Source of the DNA: an uncultured bacterium
Lineage (GTDB): Bacteria; Bacteroidota; Rhodothermia; Balneolales; DATFMH01
DNA length: 64,000 nucleotides
Direction of reading: 5' to 3'
Assembly: GCA_963712305.1 (NCBI GenBank)
Contig: CAVQHI010000002.1
Coordinates: 1,705,075-1,769,074 of the forward strand
The position numbers and the translations under genes were made by a program. How positions within the stretch are numbered: position 1 is the stretch's first letter; every line of letters starts with the position of its first letter. Shown here piece after piece: positions 9,531 to 19,805 of this stretch. The notes below the pieces were generated by a model. The model was not told the origin of the DNA, ran no database searches, and worked only from the letters and a program-made list of their open reading frames with translations.

Positions 9531-11264
9531 ATGATCCAGCTAATGAAAGCTCCGAAAACGAGTATCCGATTCAGCCTCTTAATAGCACTCCTGCTATGCG
9601 GTTTGCTTAGTGGAAATTGTCTTGGACAAGGGATATCAGCGAAGCCAGACACGGCACATATCACCGTATATTTGGCAAAGGAGTTGGGGCCAATGAATCC
9701 GATCTGGGTCTACTTCGGCTATGATGAACCAAATTATACGTATATGAAAAACGGGAGAAAGCTAGTTAGAGAACTTTCGGAGTTAAGCCCGGTTCCCGTT
9801 CATATTCGTTCCCATAATTTCCTGAATAGCGGTGATGGAGTTCCATCATTGAAATGGGGCTCAACTAATGTGTATACGGAAGACAGTAACGGTAAACCGG
9901 TATACGACTGGAAAATCATTGACAAAATATTTGATACGTATGTACATAATGGTGTTCATCCCATCGTAGAGATTGGGTTTATGCCAAAGGCGCTCTCTAC
10001 TAAACCTTTACCTTACAAACATCACTGGGAGCCGGGAAAACCCTACAAGGATATTTACACCGGCTGGGCTTACCCGCCTACCAGTTATGAAAAGTGGGGT
10101 AATGTTGTTTCCAAATGGGTAACTCATTGCGTCGATCGATACGGAAAAGAGGCCGTTAGCAAGTGGCAGTGGGAGGTTTGGAATGAACCTAATATTGGTT
10201 ACTGGCAGGGCACCGAAGAGCAGTACTTTAAATTATATGATTATACAGCAGCTGCTGTGAAGGTAGCCTTCCCGGAAGCCAAAGTAGGCGGTCCTGCAGC
10301 AACAGGTCCGGGATGGGACAAAGCAGCCAAATTCCTAAAGGATTTTCTCGATCATTGTGATAACGGGAAAAATTACAAGACAGGGAAAACCGGAGCTCCG
10401 CTCGACTTTATCTCATACCATGCAAAGGGGAATCCCAAAGTTGTGGATGGACATATTCGGATGGGTATTAATTCAGAGCTGAATGATGTGGCGACCGGGT
10501 TCAAGATTGTATCTTCAAACCAGAAGTTTAAACACTTGCCAGTCATAATATCGGAATGTGATCCGGAGGGATGTGCCGCATGCTCGGTTAAGTTTGATCC
10601 CAATTACGCCTATCGCAACGGTACGATGTATCCAAGCTACACCGCTGCTGCCTTTTCAAGGATTTATAAATTGGCACTCAAGTATGACATTAACCTGCAG
10701 GGTGCTTTGACATGGGCGTTTGAATTCGAAAATCATCCGTGGTTTGCCGGGTTCAGGGATCTTGCTACAAACGGAGTTGCCAAGCCTATACTCAATATCT
10801 TTCGAATGTTCGGGATGATGCAGGGCCGATTTGTCCAAACGCAGGATCCCTCAGAAATCAAACTCGACAGCATTGTTACGAATGGCGCACATGGTGATAG
10901 TCCGGATATTGGCGTGATGGCAACTGTGTATGATCATTCCGCTTCTGTAATGATCTGGAATTACGACGATGATGCTGTGTCGGCTCCGGCGGCTGAAGTA
11001 TCTGTTCATGTCAGTCATTTGATGCAAAAACGCGTCTTATTACATCATTACCGGATCGATGAATATTACAGTAATGCCTATCAAAAATGGCTGGCTATGG
11101 GAGAACCAAAGAAAGTATCTGAAGATCAGTACCAAATCTTAGAAAGGGCAGGGCAATTGCAGCAATTGAGCTCCCCGAAATGGATTGACGTAAGTCATTA
11201 TGAAACCAATATCACATTCTCACTGCCAAGACATGGTGTGTCGTTGTTGAGGCTTTCTTGGTAA
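9531..11264 (+). CDS. GH39 beta-xylosidase-like glycoside hydrolase
   Basis: FGYDEPNY, EVWNEP (acid/base), SECDPEGCAAC and ALTWAFEFE motifs; signal peptide. Confidence 0.85.
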   Translation: MIQLMKAPKTSIRFSLLIALLLCGLLSGNCLGQGISAKPDTAHITVYLAKELGPMNPIWVYFGYDEPNYTYMKNGRKLVRELSELSPVPVHIRSHNFLNSGDGVPSLKWGSTNVYTEDSNGKPVYDWKIIDKIFDTYVHNGVHPIVEIGFMPKALSTKPLPYKHHWEPGKPYKDIYTGWAYPPTSYEKWGNVVSKWVTHCVDRYGKEAVSKWQWEVWNEPNIGYWQGTEEQYFKLYDYTAAAVKVAFPEAKVGGPAATGPGWDKAAKFLKDFLDHCDNGKNYKTGKTGAPLDFISYHAKGNPKVVDGHIRMGINSELNDVATGFKIVSSNQKFKHLPVIISECDPEGCAACSVKFDPNYAYRNGTMYPSYTAAAFSRIYKLALKYDINLQGALTWAFEFENHPWFAGFRDLATNGVAKPILNIFRMFGMMQGRFVQTQDPSEIKLDSIVTNGAHGDSPDIGVMATVYDHSASVMIWNYDDDAVSAPAAEVSVHVSHLMQKRVLLHHYRIDEYYSNAYQKWLAMGEPKKVSEDQYQILERAGQLQQLSSPKWIDVSHYETNITFSLPRHGVSLLRLSW

Positions 11265-11486
11265 CAAAACTTTACAAATAAATCTAAAATATTAAAATCA
11301 TGAAACATAAGATATTGTATTTTACAGGTAAGTCGTGCCGACGGAAGAGAAAAGTACAAAAGTTGTGCTGGCAACCTATTAGGAATGTAGCTTGAAAACT
11401 GAAGTAGCGTTATTTTATAGGTTCTTCTGTCGTTTTTGAAAATCAAATTTAATGACTATCCACCCCGATGTATCGGGGTTACATAC

Positions 11487-11503
11487 TTGTCATTTAATGA
11501 CAA
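11487..11503. promoter_or_regulatory. Palindrome TTGTCATT-T-AATGACAA upstream of the NUDIX regulator (candidate operator)
   Basis: Perfect 8-bp dyad about 140 bp upstream of 11646. Confidence 0.4.
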
Positions 11504-11645
11504 ATGTACGCCAGTTTCGCAGAATAAATCTGTTTATTTTTTGCGTTTCTTAGTGATCTTGGCGGTATACATTTTCTGATCTGAGAAACAACTAAGATTA
11601 CGGGTAGTCATTTAAATTAATTATCTAAACGAATTATTTTTAATA

Positions 11646-12344
11646 ATGGGGAAAATGCAGAATTTTTATGAGAATCATGTAAAACATTATATAGCTACTG
11701 ATTGTATCATTTTTGGCTTCGATCAGAAAGAGCTGAAGATACTTTTGATAAAGAGAGGATTCGAACCGGAAAAGGGCAATTGGTCGTTAATGGGTGGATT
11801 TGTAGGAAACGAGGAGAGTTTGGATGAGGCAGCCAGCAGAATTTTGTTCAAACTCACCGGACTCAGGGGCGTCTATATGGAGCAGTTATATGCCTATGGG
11901 GAAGTTGATCGTGATCCCGTGGCGAGAACGATGTCGGTAGCCTATTACGCGCTTATTCGCACTGAGAGTTATGAACAGGCGCTGTCTGAAAAATACCATG
12001 CACAGTGGTTTGTCGTCTCTGAGAAACCACCACTGATTTTCGATCATGATGTCATGGTTCGTAAAGCCCTGGCTCGTCTCAGGCGGAAAACCAAAACGCA
12101 GCCGATTGGATTCGAACTGTTACCCGAGAAGTTCACCATGCCGCAGTTGCGACATCTTTACGAGGCTATAAACGATACCAAATATGACAGGCGAAATTTC
12201 AGCAAAAAAGTCCGATCTATGAAATGGATTGTAAAGCTTGATGAAAAGGATAAATCTTCATCCAAGAAAGGTGCCTATTACTATCGGTTTGACAGCGATA
12301 TGTATCAGGAGATGCAGGCTGATGGATTCAGTTTTCAGTTATAA
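11646..12344 (+). CDS. araR: NUDIX-wHTH transcriptional regulator (NrtR family, AraR-like)
   Basis: TDCIIFGFD...WSLMGGFV...ESLDEAA NUDIX domain plus LLPEKFT...LYEAI...DRRNF wHTH; sits directly upstream of the ara operon. Confidence 0.82.
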   Translation: MGKMQNFYENHVKHYIATDCIIFGFDQKELKILLIKRGFEPEKGNWSLMGGFVGNEESLDEAASRILFKLTGLRGVYMEQLYAYGEVDRDPVARTMSVAYYALIRTESYEQALSEKYHAQWFVVSEKPPLIFDHDVMVRKALARLRRKTKTQPIGFELLPEKFTMPQLRHLYEAINDTKYDRRNFSKKVRSMKWIVKLDEKDKSSSKKGAYYYRFDSDMYQEMQADGFSFQL

Positions 12345-12398
12345 ATAATCGATGTTTAATCGTGAAAATTGGAGTTGTGTTATTTGTTTTATTATTAA

Positions 12399-12419
12399 TA
12401 AGTGTATACTTTACACGTA
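12399..12419. promoter_or_regulatory. Putative AraR operator TAAGTGT-ATACTTT-ACACGTA
   Basis: GTGT-N7-ACAC dyad resembling the Bacteroides AraR box (from recall), 65 bp upstream of the epimerase-araBDA operon. Confidence 0.7.
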
Positions 12420-12483
12420 ATGAAAATCATAACGAAATTTACGATTAAGTTAGTGCAGAGTGGCATTGACGAATGGTTAGAGA

Positions 12484-13488
12484 ATGAGTAAGAAAAAGAT
12501 TTTGGTAACAGGTGGAGCAGGTTATATCGGCTCGCATACCGTAAGGCTTCTTGCCGATCAGGGATATTCTCTAATTGTCGTCGATAATCTTGTATATGGT
12601 CATCGGGAAGCGATTTTATCATCAGAAGTGGAACTGGTCGAGGGTGATCTGGGAGATAAAATCCTGATGAATGAGATATTTTCGGATAATGAGATAGAAG
12701 CCGTACTTCATTTTGCAGCGTACGCCTATGTTGGAGAGTCGGTCACAGATCCTGAAAAATATTACCAGAACAACATTGGCTCTCCTTTGAATCTCCTGGA
12801 AGTGATGAGAAAACATGACTGCAAAAAGTTCATTTTCTCTTCGACATGCGCTACATATGGTAACCCTGAATACACGCCTATTGATGAAAACCATCCCCAG
12901 GATCCCATCAATCCTTATGGAAAGAGCAAGAAAATGCTCGAAACGGTTTTGAAGGATTATGCTTCTGCCTACGGTTTTCGATATGTTTTCCTGCGCTATT
13001 TTAACGCGGCCGGGGCTTCGGCGGATGGGAAAATCGGCGAGGACCATGATCCGGAAACCCATCTTATCCCATTAATATTGGATGCTGTAACCGGCGATCG
13101 CGAGAATATCACCGTGTTTGGCACGGATTATGAAACCCCGGACGGGACTGCTATTCGTGATTATATTCATGTTTCTGATCTGGCTAAGGCTCACTTATTA
13201 GCGGTCGAACATTTGGGCGGTGGCGGTGAATCGTTGATCTGTAATCTCGGTACAGGAAATGGCCTTTCGGTAAAAGAGGTCATTGCCTCCGTTGAACGGG
13301 TTACGGGAAAACCGGTTCCGGCAAAATACGGTGATCGTCGGGCTGGCGACCCGCCACGACTTGTAGCCGATCCGTCCTTTGCTAAAAAAGCTCTTGGCTG
13401 GGAAGCTGAATTCAAGGATATCGACCAGATAATCACCACGGCGTGGAAATGGAAAAATGGTCCTCGTAACGGGCATTACTCATCGTAG
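12484..13488 (+). CDS. galE: NAD-dependent UDP-sugar 4-epimerase (GalE / UDP-arabinose 4-epimerase-like)
   Basis: GGAGYIGSH, HFAAYAYVGES, SSTCATYG, YGKSK, RYFNAAGA and RDYIHV motifs. Confidence 0.88.
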   Translation: MSKKKILVTGGAGYIGSHTVRLLADQGYSLIVVDNLVYGHREAILSSEVELVEGDLGDKILMNEIFSDNEIEAVLHFAAYAYVGESVTDPEKYYQNNIGSPLNLLEVMRKHDCKKFIFSSTCATYGNPEYTPIDENHPQDPINPYGKSKKMLETVLKDYASAYGFRYVFLRYFNAAGASADGKIGEDHDPETHLIPLILDAVTGDRENITVFGTDYETPDGTAIRDYIHVSDLAKAHLLAVEHLGGGGESLICNLGTGNGLSVKEVIASVERVTGKPVPAKYGDRRAGDPPRLVADPSFAKKALGWEAEFKDIDQIITTAWKWKNGPRNGHYSS

Positions 13489-13518
13489 AATTTATAATTA
13501 ATAAGGTGATTGAATTAA

Positions 13519-15219
13519 ATGGGTAAATATTCTATCGGTCTGGATTTCGGTACCAACTCTTGCAGAGCTGTAATCGTTGATATAAGCAACGGTGAAGAAC
13601 TGGCAAACCAAGTATTTAATTACCCGTCCGGAGATGCTGGAATCATTACCGATCCGGCCGATCCCAACCTTGCTCGTCAAAACCCTGACGATTATCTGAA
13701 AGGTATCGAGGCCACCATAAAGGGCGCCCTGGAGAAAGCCCGGACTGCAACAAACGGTTTCTCTTCCGATGACGTGATCGGTATAGGCGTTGACACAACG
13801 GGCAGCAGTCCACTACCCGTGGACAATGAGGGCACGCCACTGTCATTTAAGGATGAATTTAAGAATGAACCTGCTGCCATGGTGTGGTTATGGAAAGATC
13901 ACACCTCTTTTGAAGAAGCAAAATTCATCACCGATAAGGCTGCAGATCTGCGTCCGGAGTACCTGGCAAAGATCGGCGGCGTGTATTCATCGGAATGGTT
14001 CTGGAGTAAAATACTGCACTGCAGGAAGGAAAACCCACAAGTATTTGATGCTGCCTACAGTTTTGTTGAGATATGTGACTGGATACCGGCTGTATTGACC
14101 GGAAATACGAAACCAGATGATATAAAACGAAGTGTGTGTGCGGCCGGTCATAAGGCGATGTACAACGAAAAGTGGGGCGGATTGCCCGATGATGAATTTC
14201 TAACGGCCCTATCTCCGGATTTAGTCGATTTGCGAAAACGATTGGATTTCAAAGCCTATCCGGCAGAAGAGAAAGCAGGATACCTTACCAGTGAATGGGC
14301 AGATAAACTTGGACTTTCTACAGATACTGCGGTTGCTGTCGGTGCATTTGATGCACACATCGGAGCAGTCGGAGCAGGTATTAAGGTTGGCACGCTGGTT
14401 AAAATTTTGGGAACGAGCACCTGTGATGTCATGATCCATCCGGCTGATGAAAAACTCGCCGACATCCCGGGCGTATGCGGTATTGTGGATGGATCAGTCA
14501 TGGGCGGTTATTACGGTATTGAAGCGGGACAATCAGCTGTTGGTGATATTTTTCTTTGGTTTGTAAACCAACTTGTGCCTGAGAAGTATGGCAAGACCAA
14601 CGATGAAAAATTCCGAAATCTTGAAAAGGAAGCTTTGAAATTAAAACCGGGCGAGACCGGTTTGCTTGCTCTCGATTGGAATAACGGTAACCGGACCATC
14701 CTGGTGGATGTTCGCCTGACTGGTCTTTTATTAGGTCAAACACTTCACACACAGCCACATGAAATCTATCGGGCGCTTGTCGAGGCCACGGCTTTTGGGG
14801 CACTGGCAATTATCGACCGCATCGAAGAAAACGGCGTGCAAATCAATGAAGTGATAAACTGCGGCGGACTTGCGGTTAAGAACAAGCTATTGATGCAAAT
14901 CTATGCCGATGTAACAAACCGGCCCATGAAAATCTCCCGGAGCGAACAAACCCCGGCACTCGGCGCCGCCATCTTCGCAGCTGTAGCATCCGGAAAAGAG
15001 GCCGGAGGTTATGATGACATCGGGAAGGCACGTGATACCATGACCGGCGTCGGCAAGGTGTACACACCAATCCCCGAAAATCATGCAGTTTATAAAGAGT
15101 TATATAAGCTGTATAAACAAATACACGATGGTTTTGGTACCGAAAATGATAAAGGCAGTATGTTCAATGTGATGAAAGACTTGCTGGATATCAGGGATAA
15201 CGTACGCAGGGAGAATTGA
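13519..15219 (+). CDS. araB: L-ribulokinase
   Basis: IGLDFGTNS, GVDTTGS, LWKDHT, YSSEWFW, AFDAH and LDWNNGNRT motifs (FGGY kinase). Confidence 0.93.
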   Translation: MGKYSIGLDFGTNSCRAVIVDISNGEELANQVFNYPSGDAGIITDPADPNLARQNPDDYLKGIEATIKGALEKARTATNGFSSDDVIGIGVDTTGSSPLPVDNEGTPLSFKDEFKNEPAAMVWLWKDHTSFEEAKFITDKAADLRPEYLAKIGGVYSSEWFWSKILHCRKENPQVFDAAYSFVEICDWIPAVLTGNTKPDDIKRSVCAAGHKAMYNEKWGGLPDDEFLTALSPDLVDLRKRLDFKAYPAEEKAGYLTSEWADKLGLSTDTAVAVGAFDAHIGAVGAGIKVGTLVKILGTSTCDVMIHPADEKLADIPGVCGIVDGSVMGGYYGIEAGQSAVGDIFLWFVNQLVPEKYGKTNDEKFRNLEKEALKLKPGETGLLALDWNNGNRTILVDVRLTGLLLGQTLHTQPHEIYRALVEATAFGALAIIDRIEENGVQINEVINCGGLAVKNKLLMQIYADVTNRPMKISRSEQTPALGAAIFAAVASGKEAGGYDDIGKARDTMTGVGKVYTPIPENHAVYKELYKLYKQIHDGFGTENDKGSMFNVMKDLLDIRDNVRREN

Positions 15220-15926
15220 TGCTAAAGGATTTGAAAAAGAAAGTTTACGAAGCCAACCTGCAAATCGTTGAGTACGGTTTGGTCACACTGACCTGGGGAA
15301 ATGTCAGTGGTATCGACCGTAATGAAGGATTGGTTGTTATAAAACCAAGCGGGGTAGACTATGCTAAAATGTCTCCGGATGACATGGTCGTCGTCGACCT
15401 GAATGGAGATGTTGTTGAAGGAGACCTGAGACCGTCATCTGACACGCCGACTCATGTTGAGCTATACAAGAATTTCAAGGAGATCGGCGGGATCACTCAT
15501 ACCCACAGTGAGTATGCAACTACGTTTGCCCAGGCACTGGTTGAGATCCCCTGTTACGGAACAACCCATGCGGATCATTTCAATGGTGTTGTCCCGGTAA
15601 CAAGATTCCTGACTGAGAAAGAGGTGGATGAGAGCTATGAATTGAATACCGGTAAACTGATCGTCGAACGGTTTAAGAATCTTGATCCGGTTGCTATGCC
15701 GGCGGTGTTACTTGCGGGCCATGCCCCATTTACGTGGGGCAAAGATCCGGAAGATTCTGTGAAAAATAGTTTAGTTCTTGAAAGGGTAGCAAAAATGGCA
15801 CTTAACAGCCTGAGGCTGAATCCAGATCTCGAGGGGTTGCCGGGTTATATCCTAAAAAAGCATTATCTGCGTAAGCACGGAGCAAATGCATACTACGGAC
15901 AAATTCAATCTCATCAGAACAAATAA
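15216..15926 (+). CDS. araD: L-ribulose-5-phosphate 4-epimerase
   Basis: TWGNVSG, IKPSGV, PSSDTPTH, HTHS, GTTHADHF and KHG.NAYYGQ motifs; start overlaps the araB stop. Confidence 0.95.
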   Translation: MMLKDLKKKVYEANLQIVEYGLVTLTWGNVSGIDRNEGLVVIKPSGVDYAKMSPDDMVVVDLNGDVVEGDLRPSSDTPTHVELYKNFKEIGGITHTHSEYATTFAQALVEIPCYGTTHADHFNGVVPVTRFLTEKEVDESYELNTGKLIVERFKNLDPVAMPAVLLAGHAPFTWGKDPEDSVKNSLVLERVAKMALNSLRLNPDLEGLPGYILKKHYLRKHGANAYYGQIQSHQNK

Positions 15927-16007
15927 CTGTTTGGTCGGAATAAAACCAGGTGGTGGCTTACTAAACACTGAATTGATAACCAAAAGAATGTACACAGGAA
16001 TAAACAG

Positions 16008-17519
16008 ATGATAGATTTAAAAAAATATGAGGCCTGGTTTGTAACGGGTAGCCAACATCTCTACGGGGATGAAACATTAAAGCTTGTGGAAGAACATTCC
16101 AGGGAAATAGTTAATGGATTATCCGCATCGTCAAAGATTCCAGTTACGATAAAATTCAAACAAGTGCTTACCACGCCGGATGCCATTTATGATCTGTGCC
16201 TCGAAGCCAACAATGCAAAAAACTGCATAGGGCTGGTCATGTGGATGCACACGTTTTCACCTGCTAAAATGTGGATAGGTGGATTGAAGGTCCTGCAAAA
16301 GCCATTCGTACATCTGCATACGCAATTCAACAGGGACATCCCGTGGGATAAGATCGATATGGATTTCATGAACCTGAATCAATCGGCTCACGGAGGCAGG
16401 GAATTTGGGTATATCTGTACCCGGATGAATAAGTCACGCAAAGTGGTAGTTGGTCACTGGCAGGATGAAAATGTCCACGACCGGCTTTCGGTATGGATGA
16501 GAGCAGCCAGTGCCTGGCAGGATGCTCAGGGAGGCAAGATTGCTCGCTTTGGTGACAATATGCGCCATGTGGCAGTTACTGAGGGAGATAAAGTTGGAGC
16601 CGAGATGCAGATGGGTTACTCTGTAAACGGATACGGCGTCGGTGACCTTGTCGAATATGTCAACGAAGCAGGCAATAGTGAAGTCGAAAACCTGCTGTCG
16701 GAATATGAACAGAGATATAACCTTGAACAAGTGCTGAGCAAAAACGGAGAAATGCGATCATCTCTTCGCGATGCGGCCAAAATTGAACTTGGTATCAAAG
16801 GCTTTCTTGAGGATGGCGGGTTCCAGGGGTTTACCACCACTTTTGAAGATCTGCACGGACTCAAACAGCTTCCCGGACTGTCTGTTCAACGACTAATGAG
16901 CCAGGGATATGGTTTCGGGGCCGAGGGCGACTGGAAGACTGCGGCACTTCTGCGGGCGATGAAAGTGATGTCCACCGGTCTTGAGGGGGGAACTTCCTTT
17001 ATGGAAGATTACACCTATCATTTCAATCCGGCCAACGGCGGCATGAAGGTACTCGGAGCCCATATGCTGGAGATTTGTGAGTCAATCGCAGATGGAAAGC
17101 CAGATCTTGCTATTCAGCCGTTATCTATTGGCGGTAAAGAAGATCCACCAAGATTGATTTTTAACGTAGCCCCTGGTAACGCTATCAATGCGTCAATCAT
17201 CGATATGGGTAATCGTTTCAGGATGATTGTGAATGAAGTCGAGGCAGTTGCACCTGAAGCCGCCCTACCGAAACTTCCGGTTGCGCGAGTCCTGTGGCTT
17301 CCAAAACCTAATTTAGAAGTGGCCGCAGGGGCATGGATACTTGCAGGAGGAGCCCATCATACCGGGTTCAGTAAGGCGCTCACAAAAGAGTATATGGAAG
17401 ACTTCGCTGAAATAGCGGGTATCGAATACTTACTCATAAACGAAGACACTCAGATCTCCGAATTCAAGAAGGAGCTGCGGTGGAATGACATGTATTATTC
17501 GATGAATACACGTAGTTAA
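16008..17519 (+). CDS. araA: L-arabinose isomerase
   Basis: [44 protein letters not shown] and GGAHHT motifs. Confidence 0.97.
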   Translation: MIDLKKYEAWFVTGSQHLYGDETLKLVEEHSREIVNGLSASSKIPVTIKFKQVLTTPDAIYDLCLEANNAKNCIGLVMWMHTFSPAKMWIGGLKVLQKPFVHLHTQFNRDIPWDKIDMDFMNLNQSAHGGREFGYICTRMNKSRKVVVGHWQDENVHDRLSVWMRAASAWQDAQGGKIARFGDNMRHVAVTEGDKVGAEMQMGYSVNGYGVGDLVEYVNEAGNSEVENLLSEYEQRYNLEQVLSKNGEMRSSLRDAAKIELGIKGFLEDGGFQGFTTTFEDLHGLKQLPGLSVQRLMSQGYGFGAEGDWKTAALLRAMKVMSTGLEGGTSFMEDYTYHFNPANGGMKVLGAHMLEICESIADGKPDLAIQPLSIGGKEDPPRLIFNVAPGNAINASIIDMGNRFRMIVNEVEAVAPEAALPKLPVARVLWLPKPNLEVAAGAWILAGGAHHTGFSKALTKEYMEDFAEIAGIEYLLINEDTQISEFKKELRWNDMYYSMNTRS

Positions 17520-17561
17520 GACTACTCGCGGAAAATTCGTCTATTCTCAGAAGAAATGGTT

Positions 17562-17622
17562 AACACCCGGATTCATCCGGGTGTTTTCATAATGTGAAGC
17601 AATGAGAACCGTTTTAATGGTT
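17562..17622. repeat. Bipartite REP-like repeat, copy 1
   Basis: AACACCCGGATTCATCCGGGTGTT followed about 23 nt later by AACCGTTTTAATGGTT; related copies at 18808 and 31975. Confidence 0.75.
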
Positions 17623-17678
17623 TCCCGTGTTACCGTGATGTCGAACATTTTTAAGATAAATAGCAAAAGGGAGTACGA

Positions 17679-18716
17679 TTGAAGAAAGTAGCGCTCACCG
17701 GATTAAAGACATTTGACATCCTGGATGTGCCCAAACCGAAGATTGAAAATGACCACGATGTGCTTTTGAAGATCGATTCGGTCGGCGTGTGCGGATCGGA
17801 TATGCATTATTATAATGAAGGTGGCATCGGGGATCAGATTATCGAATTCCCATTCACACTCGGGCATGAGGGCTCTGCTATTGTTGAAGAGATTGGCAGT
17901 TCGGTGACAGGGGTGAAACCGGGCGATCTTGTAGCCATCGAACCGGCCGTTTCCTGCCATCACTGCCAGCAGTGTTTGAGCGGTAGAGAACATACGTGCT
18001 ATGATCAGAAATTTCTCGGCTGTCCGGGACAAATGGACGGATGCTTATCCGAGTATATTGTCATGCCTGAGAACAACTGTTACCCGGTTCCATCAAATAT
18101 GAGTGGGGAAGATGCTGCACTGGTCGAGCCGTTGTCTATCAGCTATTATGCCTCAACTTTTCTGGATAAAATTAAGAATGTTGAAGCAGCAGCTATTCTG
18201 GGTGTCGGTCCGATCGGAACCGGTGTTCTTCTCTCACTTCAAGCCCGGGGACTAAAGAACATATTCGTTACCGACAAGTTAGATTATCGGCTATCTATAG
18301 CAGAGGACGCCGGAGCTGTCTGGAGTGGAAATCCATTGAAGCAAGATGTGGTGGCATCGTTGCAAGAAGAAAATCCGGAATTATTTGATGTTGTTTTTGA
18401 GTGCTGTGGTCAACAGGAGGCACTCGATCAGGCAATTGAGATACTGAAACCCGGTGGAATGCTTCTGATTGTCGGTATACCATCCGATGACAGGATCTCA
18501 TTTGATATCAGCATCTTGAGAAGAAAGGAAATCACCGTACAGAATGTTCGCCGCCAGAACAACTGCGTACAACCGGTCATTGATTTGATTGCTTCAGGAA
18601 AGTTGTCGCCGGAGTTTATGGTGACTCATCGTTTCCCGTTTCATGAAACCAGCAAAGCCTTTGATATCGTCGATCATTATCAGGATGGCGTGCTCAAGGC
18701 GATGATCAAGTTTTAG
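17679..18716 (+). CDS. Zn-dependent polyol (sorbitol/arabitol-type) dehydrogenase, MDR family
   Basis: GVCGSDMH, GHE, structural Zn CHHCQQC...C and GVGPIG motifs; TTG start with a GGGAG RBS. Confidence 0.85.
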   Translation: MKKVALTGLKTFDILDVPKPKIENDHDVLLKIDSVGVCGSDMHYYNEGGIGDQIIEFPFTLGHEGSAIVEEIGSSVTGVKPGDLVAIEPAVSCHHCQQCLSGREHTCYDQKFLGCPGQMDGCLSEYIVMPENNCYPVPSNMSGEDAALVEPLSISYYASTFLDKIKNVEAAAILGVGPIGTGVLLSLQARGLKNIFVTDKLDYRLSIAEDAGAVWSGNPLKQDVVASLQEENPELFDVVFECCGQQEALDQAIEILKPGGMLLIVGIPSDDRISFDISILRRKEITVQNVRRQNNCVQPVIDLIASGKLSPEFMVTHRFPFHETSKAFDIVDHYQDGVLKAMIKF

Positions 18717-18807
18717 TTGAATGAGTATTGAGATGGGAGTATTGAGTAGTGGGATCTGCACTAAAGTAATTATCAATAACGGTACGTTTCAGATTTGTCT
18801 GGTATAG

Positions 18808-18867
18808 CACCCGGATTCATTCGGGTGTCGAGAAGAGTTTGTTAACTCCTTAACCGTTTTAAGGGTT
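18808..18867. repeat. Bipartite REP-like repeat, copy 2
   Basis: CACCCGGATTCATTCGGGTG, 24 nt, AACCGTTTTAAGGGTT. Confidence 0.75.
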
Positions 18868-19055
18868 TATGCTATTTCCGGTACACGTTTATATATGCGA
18901 AATTAGCATAGGGTCAGTTTATCTCGTCTCGAACGTGTGTTAATTAATTGCTTAAACAGAGATCGTTAGGTATTATTAAGTCAAGTAATTCAATAACTCA
19001 GTTCTTCATAGAAGGATTTTTTTATAATTGAAATAGCGGGTTAAGAGAGGTTCTC

Positions 19056-19445
19056 ATGAAGAGATTGGTATTTTCCGTAATCTTATCCGTATTTATTGGC
19101 TGCAGTAATAATGTTACAAGTATTCAAACTGCAAAGCTGAATCAGAAGTTTAAGATTAAATATGAACAGGAAGTCCAGATCGTGCCTGAAGGGTTTACCG
19201 TGAAGCTTGATTCCGTAATGGATGGGCGATGCCCAAGAGACGCTGAGTGTTTTTGGGCGGGCAATGCGCGAATCGTGTTGTCAGTGAACAACACATCTGT
19301 TTCACTAAATTCTGAACTTGAACCTAAAGAAGGATCCTTTAAGAACTATAAATTCGAAATGATTTCGTTAACTCCTCTGCCGTCATTAAAAAATCCGGTT
19401 CCCTTAAAGGATTATGTCGCAGAACTCATTATATCAAAGAACTGA
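19056..19445 (+). CDS. Hypothetical lipoprotein
   Basis: Lipobox FIGC; DGRCP..AECFWAG motif; GAGAGG RBS. Confidence 0.75.
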   Translation: MKRLVFSVILSVFIGCSNNVTSIQTAKLNQKFKIKYEQEVQIVPEGFTVKLDSVMDGRCPRDAECFWAGNARIVLSVNNTSVSLNSELEPKEGSFKNYKFEMISLTPLPSLKNPVPLKDYVAELIISKN

Positions 19446-19497
19446 ATAGTGAAAAATTAGCAGCAATCAACAAGGATAGTCGTGATTGGCGTATAAG

Positions 19498-19599
19498 GCT
19501 GATAGCTGATTGCTGAGAGCCACCTTCCCACTCTAACACCTTAACACTTTAACACTTTAACACTTTTTCCCACCTGTAAACCATCAACCATCAACTATA
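19498..19599. repeat. Cluster of short tandem repeats: (GCTGANN)3, (TAACACYT)4, (AACCATC)2
   Basis: Directly visible 7- and 8-nt periodic runs in the intergenic region. Confidence 0.75.
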
Positions 19600-19805
19600 T
19601 GTACTTCGAGAGTACACAGCCCATCAATCAAACTCTTTTCAAAAGAATTGATTAATTGTTTGGATTTTCACGATAAAAGTGAAGATTATACATACCAAGT
19701 GTTTCCTTTGAAACAGCTATGAAAACTGCGAACAGGATGATTTGACGATTGTTCAAAGGGACGTAGCCATTCGAAAACCATGCAATCAGAAATATTATTA
19801 TTCTT

